A DNA stretch of 64,000 nt from an uncultured Microbacteriaceae bacterium (GTDB lineage: Bacteria > Actinomycetota > Actinomycetes > Actinomycetales > Microbacteriaceae): positions 42,013 through 106,012 of the forward strand of contig CAMTUU010000003.1 in NCBI GenBank assembly GCA_947085045.1, given 5' to 3'. Made by a program: the position numbers and the translations under genes. The notes under the pieces are model-generated. The model ran no database searches and had not been told where the DNA came from. It saw only the letters and a list, made by a program, of their open reading frames with translations. Position 1 is the stretch's first letter. Each line of letters opens with the position of its first letter. Shown in pieces: positions 56,154 through 64,000 of this stretch.

Positions 56154-58229
56154 GTGCCCGATCAGGAGCCTCCCGAAAAGTCCCGTGCCGATGCCGGTGG
56201 CAACGCCGCCAAGCGGCTGCTGATCGGAGAGCCCCTCCCGTCGGACAAGCTCGAGGGCCAGCTGCTGCCCAAGCACCTCGCCCTGCCGATCTTCGCAAGC
56301 GACCCGCTCTCGTCGGTGGCGTACGCGCCGCAGGAGCTGCTCATGATCCTGCTGATCGGCGGATTCGGCCTCCTCGCCTACGGTCCCTGGGTGGCACTCG
56401 CCGTCATCGTGCTGCTGCTCGTAGTCGTGCTCTCCTACCGCCAGCTGATCAAGGCCTATCCGTCGGGCGGCGGCGACTATGAGGTCGCCCGCAAGAATCT
56501 CGGCGAGAAGGCCGGGCTCGTCGTGGCGTCAGCCCTGCTCGTGGACTACGTGATGACGGTCGCCGTGTCGGTCGCGTCGGGCGTCGACAACATCATCTCG
56601 GCGCTGCCCTTCCTCGACGCGTACCGGGTCTGGATCGCCGTGTTCTTCGTCGTCATCCTCGCCGCCGTCAACCTGCGCGGGGTCAGCGAGTCGAGCAAGG
56701 CGTTCGCCATCCCGACCTATCTGTTCATCGGGTCGATCGCGATCATGGTCGTCACCGCGCTCACGCGCACGTTGCTCGGGGATGCGCCCGTCGCGGAGAG
56801 CGCCGATCTCGTCCCACAGGGCGAGTCGCTCAGCCAGGCGGCCTTCGTGCTGCTGCTGCTGCGTGCGTTCGCCTCCGGCTGCGCCGCGCTCACCGGTGTC
56901 GAGGCGATCTCGAACGGGGTGCCGGCCTTCCGTCGCCCGAAGATCGCGAACGCGCAGAAGACGCTCGTCATCATGGGCAGCATCGCGATCGTCCTCTTCG
57001 CGGGCCTGACCACGATCGCCCTCGTCGGCCAGGTGCGCTACCTCGACTGCACCGAAGCCGTGAACGCAACCGTCGCCGAGTGCTCGACCGACCCGCAGCG
57101 CAGCCTCATCGCGCAGATGGCCGCGGCCACCTTCGGCGACTTCTCGGTGCCGTTCTTCATCATCCAGGCGGCGACGGCGGTCGTGCTGCTGCTGGCCGCC
57201 AACACGGCGTTCAACGGATTCCCCCTGCTGGGTTCGGTGCTCTCCGCCGACAAGTACGCGCCGAAGGCCCTGTCGACCCGCGGCGACCGGCTCATCTTCA
57301 GCAACGGCGTGCTCGCGCTGTCGGTGACGGCGATCGCGATCCTGGTGATCTTCCAGGCCGACCTGACCACCCTCATCCAGCTCTACATCATCGGCGTCTT
57401 CGTCTCGTTCACGCTCGGCCAGTCGGGAATGGTGCGGCACTGGATCCGGCTGCTGAAGCGCGGCGCCGCGGGCCGGGGATCCATCATCCGCAGCCTCGTC
57501 ATCAACGTGATCGGCGCGTCGATGACCGCGGCGGTGCTCATCATCGTGACGATCACGAAGTTCACGCACGGCGCGTGGATCGTGTTCCTGGTCATGCCGA
57601 TCCTCTGGTTCCTGATGCTCGGCGTCAACCGCTACTACCGGGATGTCGACCGCGAGATCGCCGTCGACGCCGACACGACGTTCGGGGCGACCGGCGACCA
57701 CGCCATCGTGCTGGTCAGCCGGGTGCAGAAGCCGGTGCTCAAGGCGCTCGACTACGCGATCGCGGCCCGCCACGAATCGATCGAGGCCGTGCACATCGCG
57801 ATCGACGACGCCGCGGCCGACAAACTCGACCTCGAGTGGGCGACGCAGAACATCAAGGTGCCGCTGCACATCATCGAGTCGCCGTATCGCGACATCAGCG
57901 CCCCGCTCATCAAGTACCTCAAGGCCCGGCGGGCGAAGCACGGGTCCGAAGTGATCACCGTCTATCTGCCGGAGTACATCGTCGGGCACTGGTGGGAGCG
58001 GCTGTTGCACAACCACAAGGCCGGCCGCATCCGGCAGAAGCTGATGCTCGTGCACGGCGTCGCCGTCACCCTGGTGCCGTGGCTGCTCGACTCGTCCGAC
58101 CTCATCTACGGCCGCCGCTCGCGTCCGCTGCCGGGTCAGGACCGCCGCGGGGAGCCGCTGCGACCGCGTCCGGTGAAGCGCGAGCCGCTGCGCGCCGAGC
58201 CGCCGGCGGCGGGCAAGATGAAGAAGTGA
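56154..58229 (+). CDS. APC superfamily permease with C-terminal cytoplasmic domain
   Basis: 691 aa: 12 TM helices, then a soluble domain of about 220 aa. Confidence 0.9.
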   Translation: MPDQEPPEKSRADAGGNAAKRLLIGEPLPSDKLEGQLLPKHLALPIFASDPLSSVAYAPQELLMILLIGGFGLLAYGPWVALAVIVLLLVVVLSYRQLIKAYPSGGGDYEVARKNLGEKAGLVVASALLVDYVMTVAVSVASGVDNIISALPFLDAYRVWIAVFFVVILAAVNLRGVSESSKAFAIPTYLFIGSIAIMVVTALTRTLLGDAPVAESADLVPQGESLSQAAFVLLLLRAFASGCAALTGVEAISNGVPAFRRPKIANAQKTLVIMGSIAIVLFAGLTTIALVGQVRYLDCTEAVNATVAECSTDPQRSLIAQMAAATFGDFSVPFFIIQAATAVVLLLAANTAFNGFPLLGSVLSADKYAPKALSTRGDRLIFSNGVLALSVTAIAILVIFQADLTTLIQLYIIGVFVSFTLGQSGMVRHWIRLLKRGAAGRGSIIRSLVINVIGASMTAAVLIIVTITKFTHGAWIVFLVMPILWFLMLGVNRYYRDVDREIAVDADTTFGATGDHAIVLVSRVQKPVLKALDYAIAARHESIEAVHIAIDDAAADKLDLEWATQNIKVPLHIIESPYRDISAPLIKYLKARRAKHGSEVITVYLPEYIVGHWWERLLHNHKAGRIRQKLMLVHGVAVTLVPWLLDSSDLIYGRRSRPLPGQDRRGEPLRPRPVKREPLRAEPPAAGKMKK

Positions 58230-58633
58230 AGCCGATCCTCGCCGTGCTCGCCGGCGGGGTGGTCGGCACCGGCGCCCGGCTGGCGCTCGACACGGTGCTG
58301 CCGCACGGCGGCGCGGTCTTCCCGATTGGCACCTTCGTGATCAACCTCGCGGGGTCGTTCCTGCTCGGGATGCTGGTCTCCCGGGTGTGGCCGGTCGCCC
58401 CCGAGTGGCTGCGCGCGGGACTCGGGCCCGGGCTGCTCGGATCGTTCACCACCTTCTCGGCGCTCGTCGGGTCGGCGGTCGACCTCACGGCATCCGGGAT
58501 GCCAGCCTCCGCCGTCGTCTACGTCGCCGCCTCCGTCATCGGCGGCATCGCGGCGGCAGCTCTCGGCCTGCGCCTCGGCACCCCACGACCCGTGCCCCGA
58601 GCGCCGATCTCGCGCATCGGACCCGACGAATGA
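58226..58633 (+). CDS. crcB: Fluoride channel CrcB/FluC subunit
   Basis: GTG at 58226 (GTGA overlap with the permease stop). ..GTFVINLAGSFLLG...LGSFTTFSAL.. Confidence 0.9.
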   Translation: MKPILAVLAGGVVGTGARLALDTVLPHGGAVFPIGTFVINLAGSFLLGMLVSRVWPVAPEWLRAGLGPGLLGSFTTFSALVGSAVDLTASGMPASAVVYVAASVIGGIAAAALGLRLGTPRPVPRAPISRIGPDE

Positions 58634-58986
58634 CCCCGGTGGTGATCGCCCTGGTACTGGTCGCCGGCGCGGTCGGCTCGCTCGTCCGCTACCTCGTCGG
58701 CCGCGCGGGTGCTCGCGCGTCGTGGCCCTGGCCCGTGCTCGCCGTCAACGTCGCCGGGTCGCTGCTCGCCGGCATCCTCCTCCACTCCGACCTCGCCCTG
58801 ATCGCGGTGACCGGCCTCGCTGGCGGCCTCACCACGTTCAGCACCTTCAGCGTCGAGACGGTCCAGCTGGTGGCCGAGGGCCGCTGGCGCGCCGCCACGG
58901 CATCCGTCGCCCTCAACCTGATCCTCGGCCTTGCGGCAGCGACCGCTGGCTGGTTCGTCGGTCCTCTTGCTCTTCCCGTGAGCTGA
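58630..58986 (+). CDS. crcB: Fluoride channel CrcB/FluC subunit (second paralog)
   Basis: ATG at 58630 (ATGA overlap). ..LAVNVAGSLLAG...GGLTTFSTFS.. Confidence 0.9.
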   Translation: MTPVVIALVLVAGAVGSLVRYLVGRAGARASWPWPVLAVNVAGSLLAGILLHSDLALIAVTGLAGGLTTFSTFSVETVQLVAEGRWRAATASVALNLILGLAAATAGWFVGPLALPVS

Positions 58987-59039
58987 GACGCCGCGAGGCA
59001 GGCGGCGGTCCCGATCGCTGTCTGCCGTGCCGGAGGAAC

Positions 59040-59906
59040 TCAGCCCTTCTCCGCCCCTTCGGAGTTCGACATGATGCGTTTCTGGAAGACGAAGAACAGC
59101 ACGGCGACCGGGATCGACATCAGCACCGCCGCAGCGAGTTTCAGCGGGAACTGATTGCCCTGCCCGAGTTGGCCGTTGGTGAGGGTCGCGACACCCGTGG
59201 TGAGGGTGTGCAGGTCGGCATCCTGACGGGCGATGAGGAAGTACGAGAACTCGTTCCACGACCCCTGGAACGACAGGATGAACAGTGTGATGAGAGCGGG
59301 GCGCGCCATCGGCAGCGCGATCAACCAGAACGTGCGGAACACGCCGGCGCCGTCGATGCGCGCGGCCTCCTCCACCGAGACCGGAATCGACTCGAAGAAC
59401 TGCTTCATGATGAAGATGCCCGCCGCGTCGATCATGATCGGGATGATCATGCCGGCGTAGGTGTCGAACATCTCGAACTGCTTCAACACCAGGAACCGCG
59501 GGATGAGCAGCGCCACCGGCGGCACGGCCATGACCGCGATGAGGCTCGCGAAGATGACGTTGCGGCCCGGGAACCGCAGCCGCGAGAGCGCGTAGCCGGC
59601 GAGCGAGTCGAAGAACACCCGGCCGGCGGTGATGCAGATCGTGACGATGACCGAGTTGCCGGTCCACTGCAGCAGCGGCGTGTCCTGGAACAGCCGCTCG
59701 TAGGCGGCGAACGACCAGGTCTGCGGCAGCAACGACAGCGGGTTCTGCGTCGCGTCGGCATCGGTCTTGAAGCTGCCCGCCACCGAGATGAGGAACGGGT
59801 AGATGTAGATCAGCGCGAGCAGCACCAGGATGAGGTATCCCCCGAGGAGTCCCGCCGTCGCGCGGGGGGTGAGCCGGTAGCGGCCCGGCAGCTGTGTCGC
59901 GGTCAT
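59040..59906 (-). CDS. Carbohydrate ABC transporter permease
   Basis: 288 aa from the ATG at 59906 (ATGA overlap). EAA loop ..EEAARIDGAGVFRTFWLIALPMARP.. Confidence 0.92.
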   Translation of the reverse strand: MTATQLPGRYRLTPRATAGLLGGYLILVLLALIYIYPFLISVAGSFKTDADATQNPLSLLPQTWSFAAYERLFQDTPLLQWTGNSVIVTICITAGRVFFDSLAGYALSRLRFPGRNVIFASLIAVMAVPPVALLIPRFLVLKQFEMFDTYAGMIIPIMIDAAGIFIMKQFFESIPVSVEEAARIDGAGVFRTFWLIALPMARPALITLFILSFQGSWNEFSYFLIARQDADLHTLTTGVATLTNGQLGQGNQFPLKLAAAVLMSIPVAVLFFVFQKRIMSNSEGAEKG

Positions 59907-61024
59907 CGCACCACGCCCTTCCCGGCGTCGGCGTTGGCGCCGAGCCTGGCCGCCTCGGCATCCGCCTGCAGTCGTTGCACGGCACGCTTCTCGCGGCGGA
60001 TGCCCGAGCGGCCGGCATCCCGATCGCGCAGCACCCAGCGCTGGATGAGGGTGAACGTCACGATGATCAGGAACAGCAGGAACGAGATCGCCGTGCCCTC
60101 GCCCCAGTCGAGGTTCTCGAACGACGACTGGTAGGCGAGGTACGCGGGCGTGAGCGTGGTCTTGCCGGGGTCCCCCCCGCCGGTCAGGTACACCTGGTCG
60201 AAGACCTGCCAGGTGCCGATGAGTCCGAGGGTCAGCACGGTGAAGAGCGTCGGCTTGAGCAGCGGCAGCGTGACCGAGAAGAACGTGCGCAACGGCCCGG
60301 CGCCGTCGATCGCCGCGGCCTCCTGCACCTCCTGGCTGACGTTCTGCAGCGCCGCGAGGAACAGCAGCATGAAGGTGCCCGAGGTGGTGAACACCGCCAG
60401 GATGATGAGGACGCACATCGCGACCGAGGGTCCGGACAGCCAGTCGTACCAGGTGAGTCCGAGCGCGCCGGCGTCGGTGAGCGGACCCGCGCGGCCGACA
60501 CCGAACACCCCGAGGATCTTGTGGCCGATGCCGCTCGGGTCGGAGAACCAGTTGGGCCCTCGAGCGCCGAACCAGCCGATGACCGAGTTGACGGCGCCCG
60601 ATCCGGCGAACAGGAAGATGAAGATCGTCGTGATCGCGATCGACGAGGTCACCGACGGAAAGTAGAAGGCGGTGCGGAAGAACCCGCGGCCGCGGAGGAT
60701 GCGCCGGTTCACCTGCACGGCGAGGAACAGGGCGAGCGCCGTCTGCAACGGCACGACGGCGAGCACGTAGTAGAGGTTGTTGCGGATGGCGGTGCCGAAA
60801 TCGCGCTGCGAGAGCCCGTCTTCGGTCAGCACCGCCGCGTAGTTGTCGACCCCGATCAGGTCCGCGTTGCCGAGGGGCGATCCGCGACCGTTCCAGTCGC
60901 TGAAACTCACGTACGCCGCGAGGAAGATCGGGAGCACGAGGAAGACGCCGATGATGATGACCGCGGGTGCGGTGAACAGCCAGCCCGCTCGGGCCTCGCC
61001 ACCGCGGATGTTGTTCTTCACCAT
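59903..61024 (-). CDS. Sugar ABC transporter permease
   Basis: 373 aa, ..QEAAAIDGAGPLRTFFSVTLPLLKP.., with a C-terminal charged extension of about 45 aa. Confidence 0.92.
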   Translation of the reverse strand: MVKNNIRGGEARAGWLFTAPAVIIIGVFLVLPIFLAAYVSFSDWNGRGSPLGNADLIGVDNYAAVLTEDGLSQRDFGTAIRNNLYYVLAVVPLQTALALFLAVQVNRRILRGRGFFRTAFYFPSVTSSIAITTIFIFLFAGSGAVNSVIGWFGARGPNWFSDPSGIGHKILGVFGVGRAGPLTDAGALGLTWYDWLSGPSVAMCVLIILAVFTTSGTFMLLFLAALQNVSQEVQEAAAIDGAGPLRTFFSVTLPLLKPTLFTVLTLGLIGTWQVFDQVYLTGGGDPGKTTLTPAYLAYQSSFENLDWGEGTAISFLLFLIIVTFTLIQRWVLRDRDAGRSGIRREKRAVQRLQADAEAARLGANADAGKGVVR

Positions 61025-61054
61025 CGACGTCTCCTCGTGCTCCTCAGTGACCGA

Positions 61055-62275
61055 TCAGCCCTGCGCGTCCGCGTACGCCGCTTCGAGCTGCGCCTGGAAG
61101 TCGGCGAGGATCGAGGCGAAGTCCGCGTTCGCGAAGTCGGCGAGACGCGCGTTGAACTCGCTCGTCACCGCCGCGGCTCCGTCGAACGCCACCGGCGTCA
61201 CGGCGTAGTCGGCACCGGCCACGAAGCCCGCGATCGCCGGGTTGCTATCGGCGTAGGTCTGCGCGGCAGCCTCGCTCGACGGCAGCACGCCGTACGCGTT
61301 GGCGAACTCGACCTGCTGGTCGTCGCTGGTCAGGAACTCGACGAGCGAGACGGCGTCATCCGCGGTGGGCGAGCCGTCGGGGATGCCCCAGCAGTTCGTG
61401 AACGAGAACGTCGCCGGGCCGCCCGGGCCCGCGGGGAGCTCGTACGAGGCGTAGTTCGTGTCCGGGAAGTCGCCTTCGATGCCCTTGATCCACGGGCCCT
61501 CGATGACCATCGCGGCCTTGCCGGCGCCGAGCGCTTCGCCGCCCCAGCCCGCGTCGATCTCAGCCGGGAAGCGCAGCACGCCCGCGTCGTAGAGCGACTT
61601 CACGTACTCCAGGCCCTCGAGGTTCTCGGGGCTGTCGGCGACGATCTGATCGCCGTCGACGATCGAGCCGCCCGCCTGCGCCATGAACACGCCGATGCGG
61701 GCGTACTCCTGGCCGAACGAGAGGCCGACGACGTCTGGGGTGGTCAGCGCGGTCGCCGCGGCGGTCAGGCTCTCCCAGTCGGTGGGGATGTCGGCATCCG
61801 TCAGTCCGGCCGCCTCCCACATATCGGTGTTGATGATCAGACCGAGGGTCGAGAAGTCCTTCGGGGCGCAGACGAACTCGCCGCCGAAGGTGTACTCGTC
61901 CTTGAAGGTCGGGAAGAACGCGTCCGCGTTCGGGAGGTCGTCACCGTAGGACTCCAGGTAGCCGTTGCCGGCGTACGTCTGGAACTGGTCCCACGACATG
62001 TAGAACAGGTCCGGCGGGTCGTCGCCGGCGAACCCGGTGGCGAGCTCTTCGGTGAGGTTGGCGGCGACCTTGACGTCGACGTCGACCCCGCTCTCCTGCG
62101 ACCAGGCGGCCGCGGCGGCTTCGACGGCCGCGGTCTCGGCATCGCCGCTCGTGCCGATCAGCACGGTCAACGGTTCGTCGTTCGTCGAGTCACCACCACC
62201 GCCGCCGGCACAGCCGGCGAGCACCAGTGCCGTGGCGCCCGCGATCGCGGCGCCACCCCACATCTTGCTTCTCAT
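61055..62275 (-). CDS. Sugar ABC transporter substrate-binding lipoprotein
   Basis: Start MRSKMWGGAAIAGATALVLAGC (lipobox), with an AAGGA SD 10 nt after the LacI stop. Confidence 0.9.
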   Translation of the reverse strand: MRSKMWGGAAIAGATALVLAGCAGGGGGDSTNDEPLTVLIGTSGDAETAAVEAAAAAWSQESGVDVDVKVAANLTEELATGFAGDDPPDLFYMSWDQFQTYAGNGYLESYGDDLPNADAFFPTFKDEYTFGGEFVCAPKDFSTLGLIINTDMWEAAGLTDADIPTDWESLTAAATALTTPDVVGLSFGQEYARIGVFMAQAGGSIVDGDQIVADSPENLEGLEYVKSLYDAGVLRFPAEIDAGWGGEALGAGKAAMVIEGPWIKGIEGDFPDTNYASYELPAGPGGPATFSFTNCWGIPDGSPTADDAVSLVEFLTSDDQQVEFANAYGVLPSSEAAAQTYADSNPAIAGFVAGADYAVTPVAFDGAAAVTSEFNARLADFANADFASILADFQAQLEAAYADAQG

Positions 62276-62285
62276 GTTTCGTCCT

Positions 62286-63380
62286 TTACTGTCCGTTGCG
62301 ATTGCCGGTCTCGGTGCCACCGGCGTCTTCCTCGACGGGCGCCAGGTGACTCGACCGGCGCACGACAAGCTGGGGGGTGATGAGACGGTGCGTCGGGCTG
62401 TCGCCCACGTCGCCGTGCGCGCGCACGCGCTGCCCGCTGGGTCCCATCAGCAGTTCGAGGGTCGCGGCGGCGACGTCGCCGAGCCGCTGGTCGACGCTCG
62501 ACAGGCCGACCGCCGAGGCGACCGGGGTGTTGTCGAAGCCGATGACCGGGAAGTGCGGGGCGCCCGCCTCGCGGACCGCCATCATCGCGCCGAGGGCGAG
62601 CGAGTCGGAGGCGCAGACGAGGCCTTCGAGCTCGGTGCCGTGCCGGAACAGGCTCTCGATCGCGATCCGGGCCGACGGGACGCCCTCCTCCGCGACCGTC
62701 GTCAGGGCGGCGAGATCGATCGCGCCGAAGGCATCCGTCATCGCCGTCTCCCAGCCGCGGCGGCGGTCGTCGCCCGTTCCGGAGCCGGCGGGCCAGCCGA
62801 GGTAGCCGATGCGCGAGAGCCCGCGGCCGATGAGGTGCCGGGTCGCCTGGTGGACGCCCGACTGACCGTCGACATCCACCCACAGCCGCGTCGGGTCGTC
62901 GTCGGTCTCCGCACCCCACGGGCGGCCGAAGGCGACGAACGGGATGCGCTCGCGCGCGAGCCAGGCGATGCGCGGGTCGTCATACTGCGTCGCGGTGAGC
63001 ACGATCGCGTCGACGTCCGCTCCGTCGCGGAGTCGCTCGTAGTGGCGGATCTCGTCGTCGACGTCGGTCGCGACGACGAGGGTGATGCGCATCCCGCGGG
63101 CGTCGGCCGCCTCGGTGAGGGCGTGCAGGTAGCGGTCGAGGATCGAGCCGGAGATGCCGTTCGACATCGGGTCGAGCCGGATGCCGATCGCCGAGGAGCT
63201 GCCCGCACGGAGGCGGCGGGCCGACGTGTTCGGGCGGTAGCCGAGTTCGCCGATCGCCTGCTGCACCCGTTGGCGCGTCTCGGGGCGCACGATGTCGGGG
63301 GAGTTCAGCACGTTCGAGACCGTCTGGCGGGAGACCTGGGCGAGCCGCGCGACGTCGTCGACGGTGGGGAGCGATGCCAC
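62286..63380 (-). CDS. LacI family transcriptional regulator
   Basis: GTG at 63380; VASLPTVDDVARLAQVSRQTVSNVLNSP..VRPETRQRVQQAIGELGYRPN plus a periplasmic-binding-like core. Confidence 0.92.
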   Translation of the reverse strand: MASLPTVDDVARLAQVSRQTVSNVLNSPDIVRPETRQRVQQAIGELGYRPNTSARRLRAGSSSAIGIRLDPMSNGISGSILDRYLHALTEAADARGMRITLVVATDVDDEIRHYERLRDGADVDAIVLTATQYDDPRIAWLARERIPFVAFGRPWGAETDDDPTRLWVDVDGQSGVHQATRHLIGRGLSRIGYLGWPAGSGTGDDRRRGWETAMTDAFGAIDLAALTTVAEEGVPSARIAIESLFRHGTELEGLVCASDSLALGAMMAVREAGAPHFPVIGFDNTPVASAVGLSSVDQRLGDVAAATLELLMGPSGQRVRAHGDVGDSPTHRLITPQLVVRRSSHLAPVEEDAGGTETGNRNGQ

Positions 63381-63428
63381 GGGCCGGACCTCCTTTGGTC
63401 GTTCGCGCGGACGGGGACTCCGCCAGCT

Positions 63429-63471
63429 TGATCGTTCAAGTTCCATGCGAACAGGGGTTTGAACGATCAAA
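63429..63471. promoter_or_regulatory. Two LacI-type operator half-palindromes in the divergent intergenic region
   Basis: TTGATCGTTCAA (63429-63440) and its exact reverse complement TTGAACGATCAA (63460-63471). Each fits TTGAWCGWTCAA. Confidence 0.55.
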
Positions 63472-63552
63472 CCGTGGGTGCTAGGTTACCTCCCTGACGG
63501 GCGGTGTCAACCGACGCCGAAACCGACGCCGATTCAGAAGGTCGTTCTTCGG

Positions 63553-64000
63553 ATGCAGGCAGACACGCCGCCCCCGGCTCTCCAGCCCCTCCTCCACGAC
63601 GCCGTCGCGACGCTGCGGGCACCCGCCCAGGCGTGGTCGCGGCCCGACGGGTCGATGGGCTCTGCCCCCTCGGGCGGCAGCAGCATCGACGGGGTCTACG
63701 TCTCCGACGTACGGGTTCTGCGCGAGTTGTCCGTCACCGTCGACGACCGCCCGGTCGAACACATCGCGACCCTCCAGGACTCCGCCGATCGCACGCGCTT
63801 CGTGAGCGTCGTGCGCGTGCTCGACGGTCCCGGCGCCGACCCCGACGTGCGCAGCATCCTCACCCGCGGCGTCGGACCCGCGGGCGCCGCGCACACGTTC
63901 GAGCTCGCCTCCCGCCGCACGCACCCCGTGGCCGCGCGCGTGCGGTTCGTGCTCGAGCCGGCGCTCGACGACGTGCAGACCGTCAAAGCCGGTCTCGCCG
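63553..64000 (+). CDS. Glycogen debranching enzyme N-terminal domain protein (amylo-alpha-1,6-glucosidase family), 3' end beyond window
   Basis: MQADTPPPALQPLLHDAVATLRAPAQAWSRPDGSMG...IDGVYVSDVRVLRELSVTVDDRPVEHIAT.. Open to the window end, so it is absent from the ORF track. Confidence 0.8.
   Translation, partial: MQADTPPPALQPLLHDAVATLRAPAQAWSRPDGSMGSAPSGGSSIDGVYVSDVRVLRELSVTVDDRPVEHIATLQDSADRTRFVSVVRVLDGPGADPDVRSILTRGVGPAGAAHTFELASRRTHPVAARVRFVLEPALDDVQTVKAGLA

Overview
High-GC (about 70%) actinobacterial chromosome segment; the gene content looks Micrococcales/Microbacteriaceae-like, but that taxonomic call is inference only. Most of the window is the conserved housekeeping block clpC ... 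lysS-panC ... DUF2520-PH-PH-DUF3180-folK-folB-folP-folE-ftsH-hpt-tilS / ppa, all on the minus strand with heavy start/stop overlap. It is followed by a tRNA Glu-Asp-Phe array, metabolic and transport genes (GT4, acyl-CoA oxidase, recQ, osmoprotectant ABC operon, DEAD-box helicase, RND pump, MocR/YczE pair, TipA-like MerR, DUF4097-PadR, APC permease-crcB-crcB) and a LacI-controlled sugar ABC operon next to a debranching-enzyme gene. I saw no rRNA, CRISPR array, transposase or integrase. Three parts deserve a closer look. (1) A four-gene cell-wall hydrolase cassette (M23, M23, NlpC/P60, lipoprotein; 24509..29459) in which both M23 genes carry a copy of the same structured leader and one M23 paralog has lost a zinc-ligand histidine. 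(2) An accessory insert of about 8.8 kb between clpC and lysS. It holds three tandem DUF2975 membrane paralogs coupled to a small HTH regulator, a 1299-aa FN3/Ig-repeat surface protein with a small paralogous partner, three tiny membrane peptides and a DUF4287 remnant. (3) An unbroken chain of 4-nt gene overlaps tying the folate enzymes to four proteins of unknown function. All family calls come from reading the translations by eye; no searches were run.
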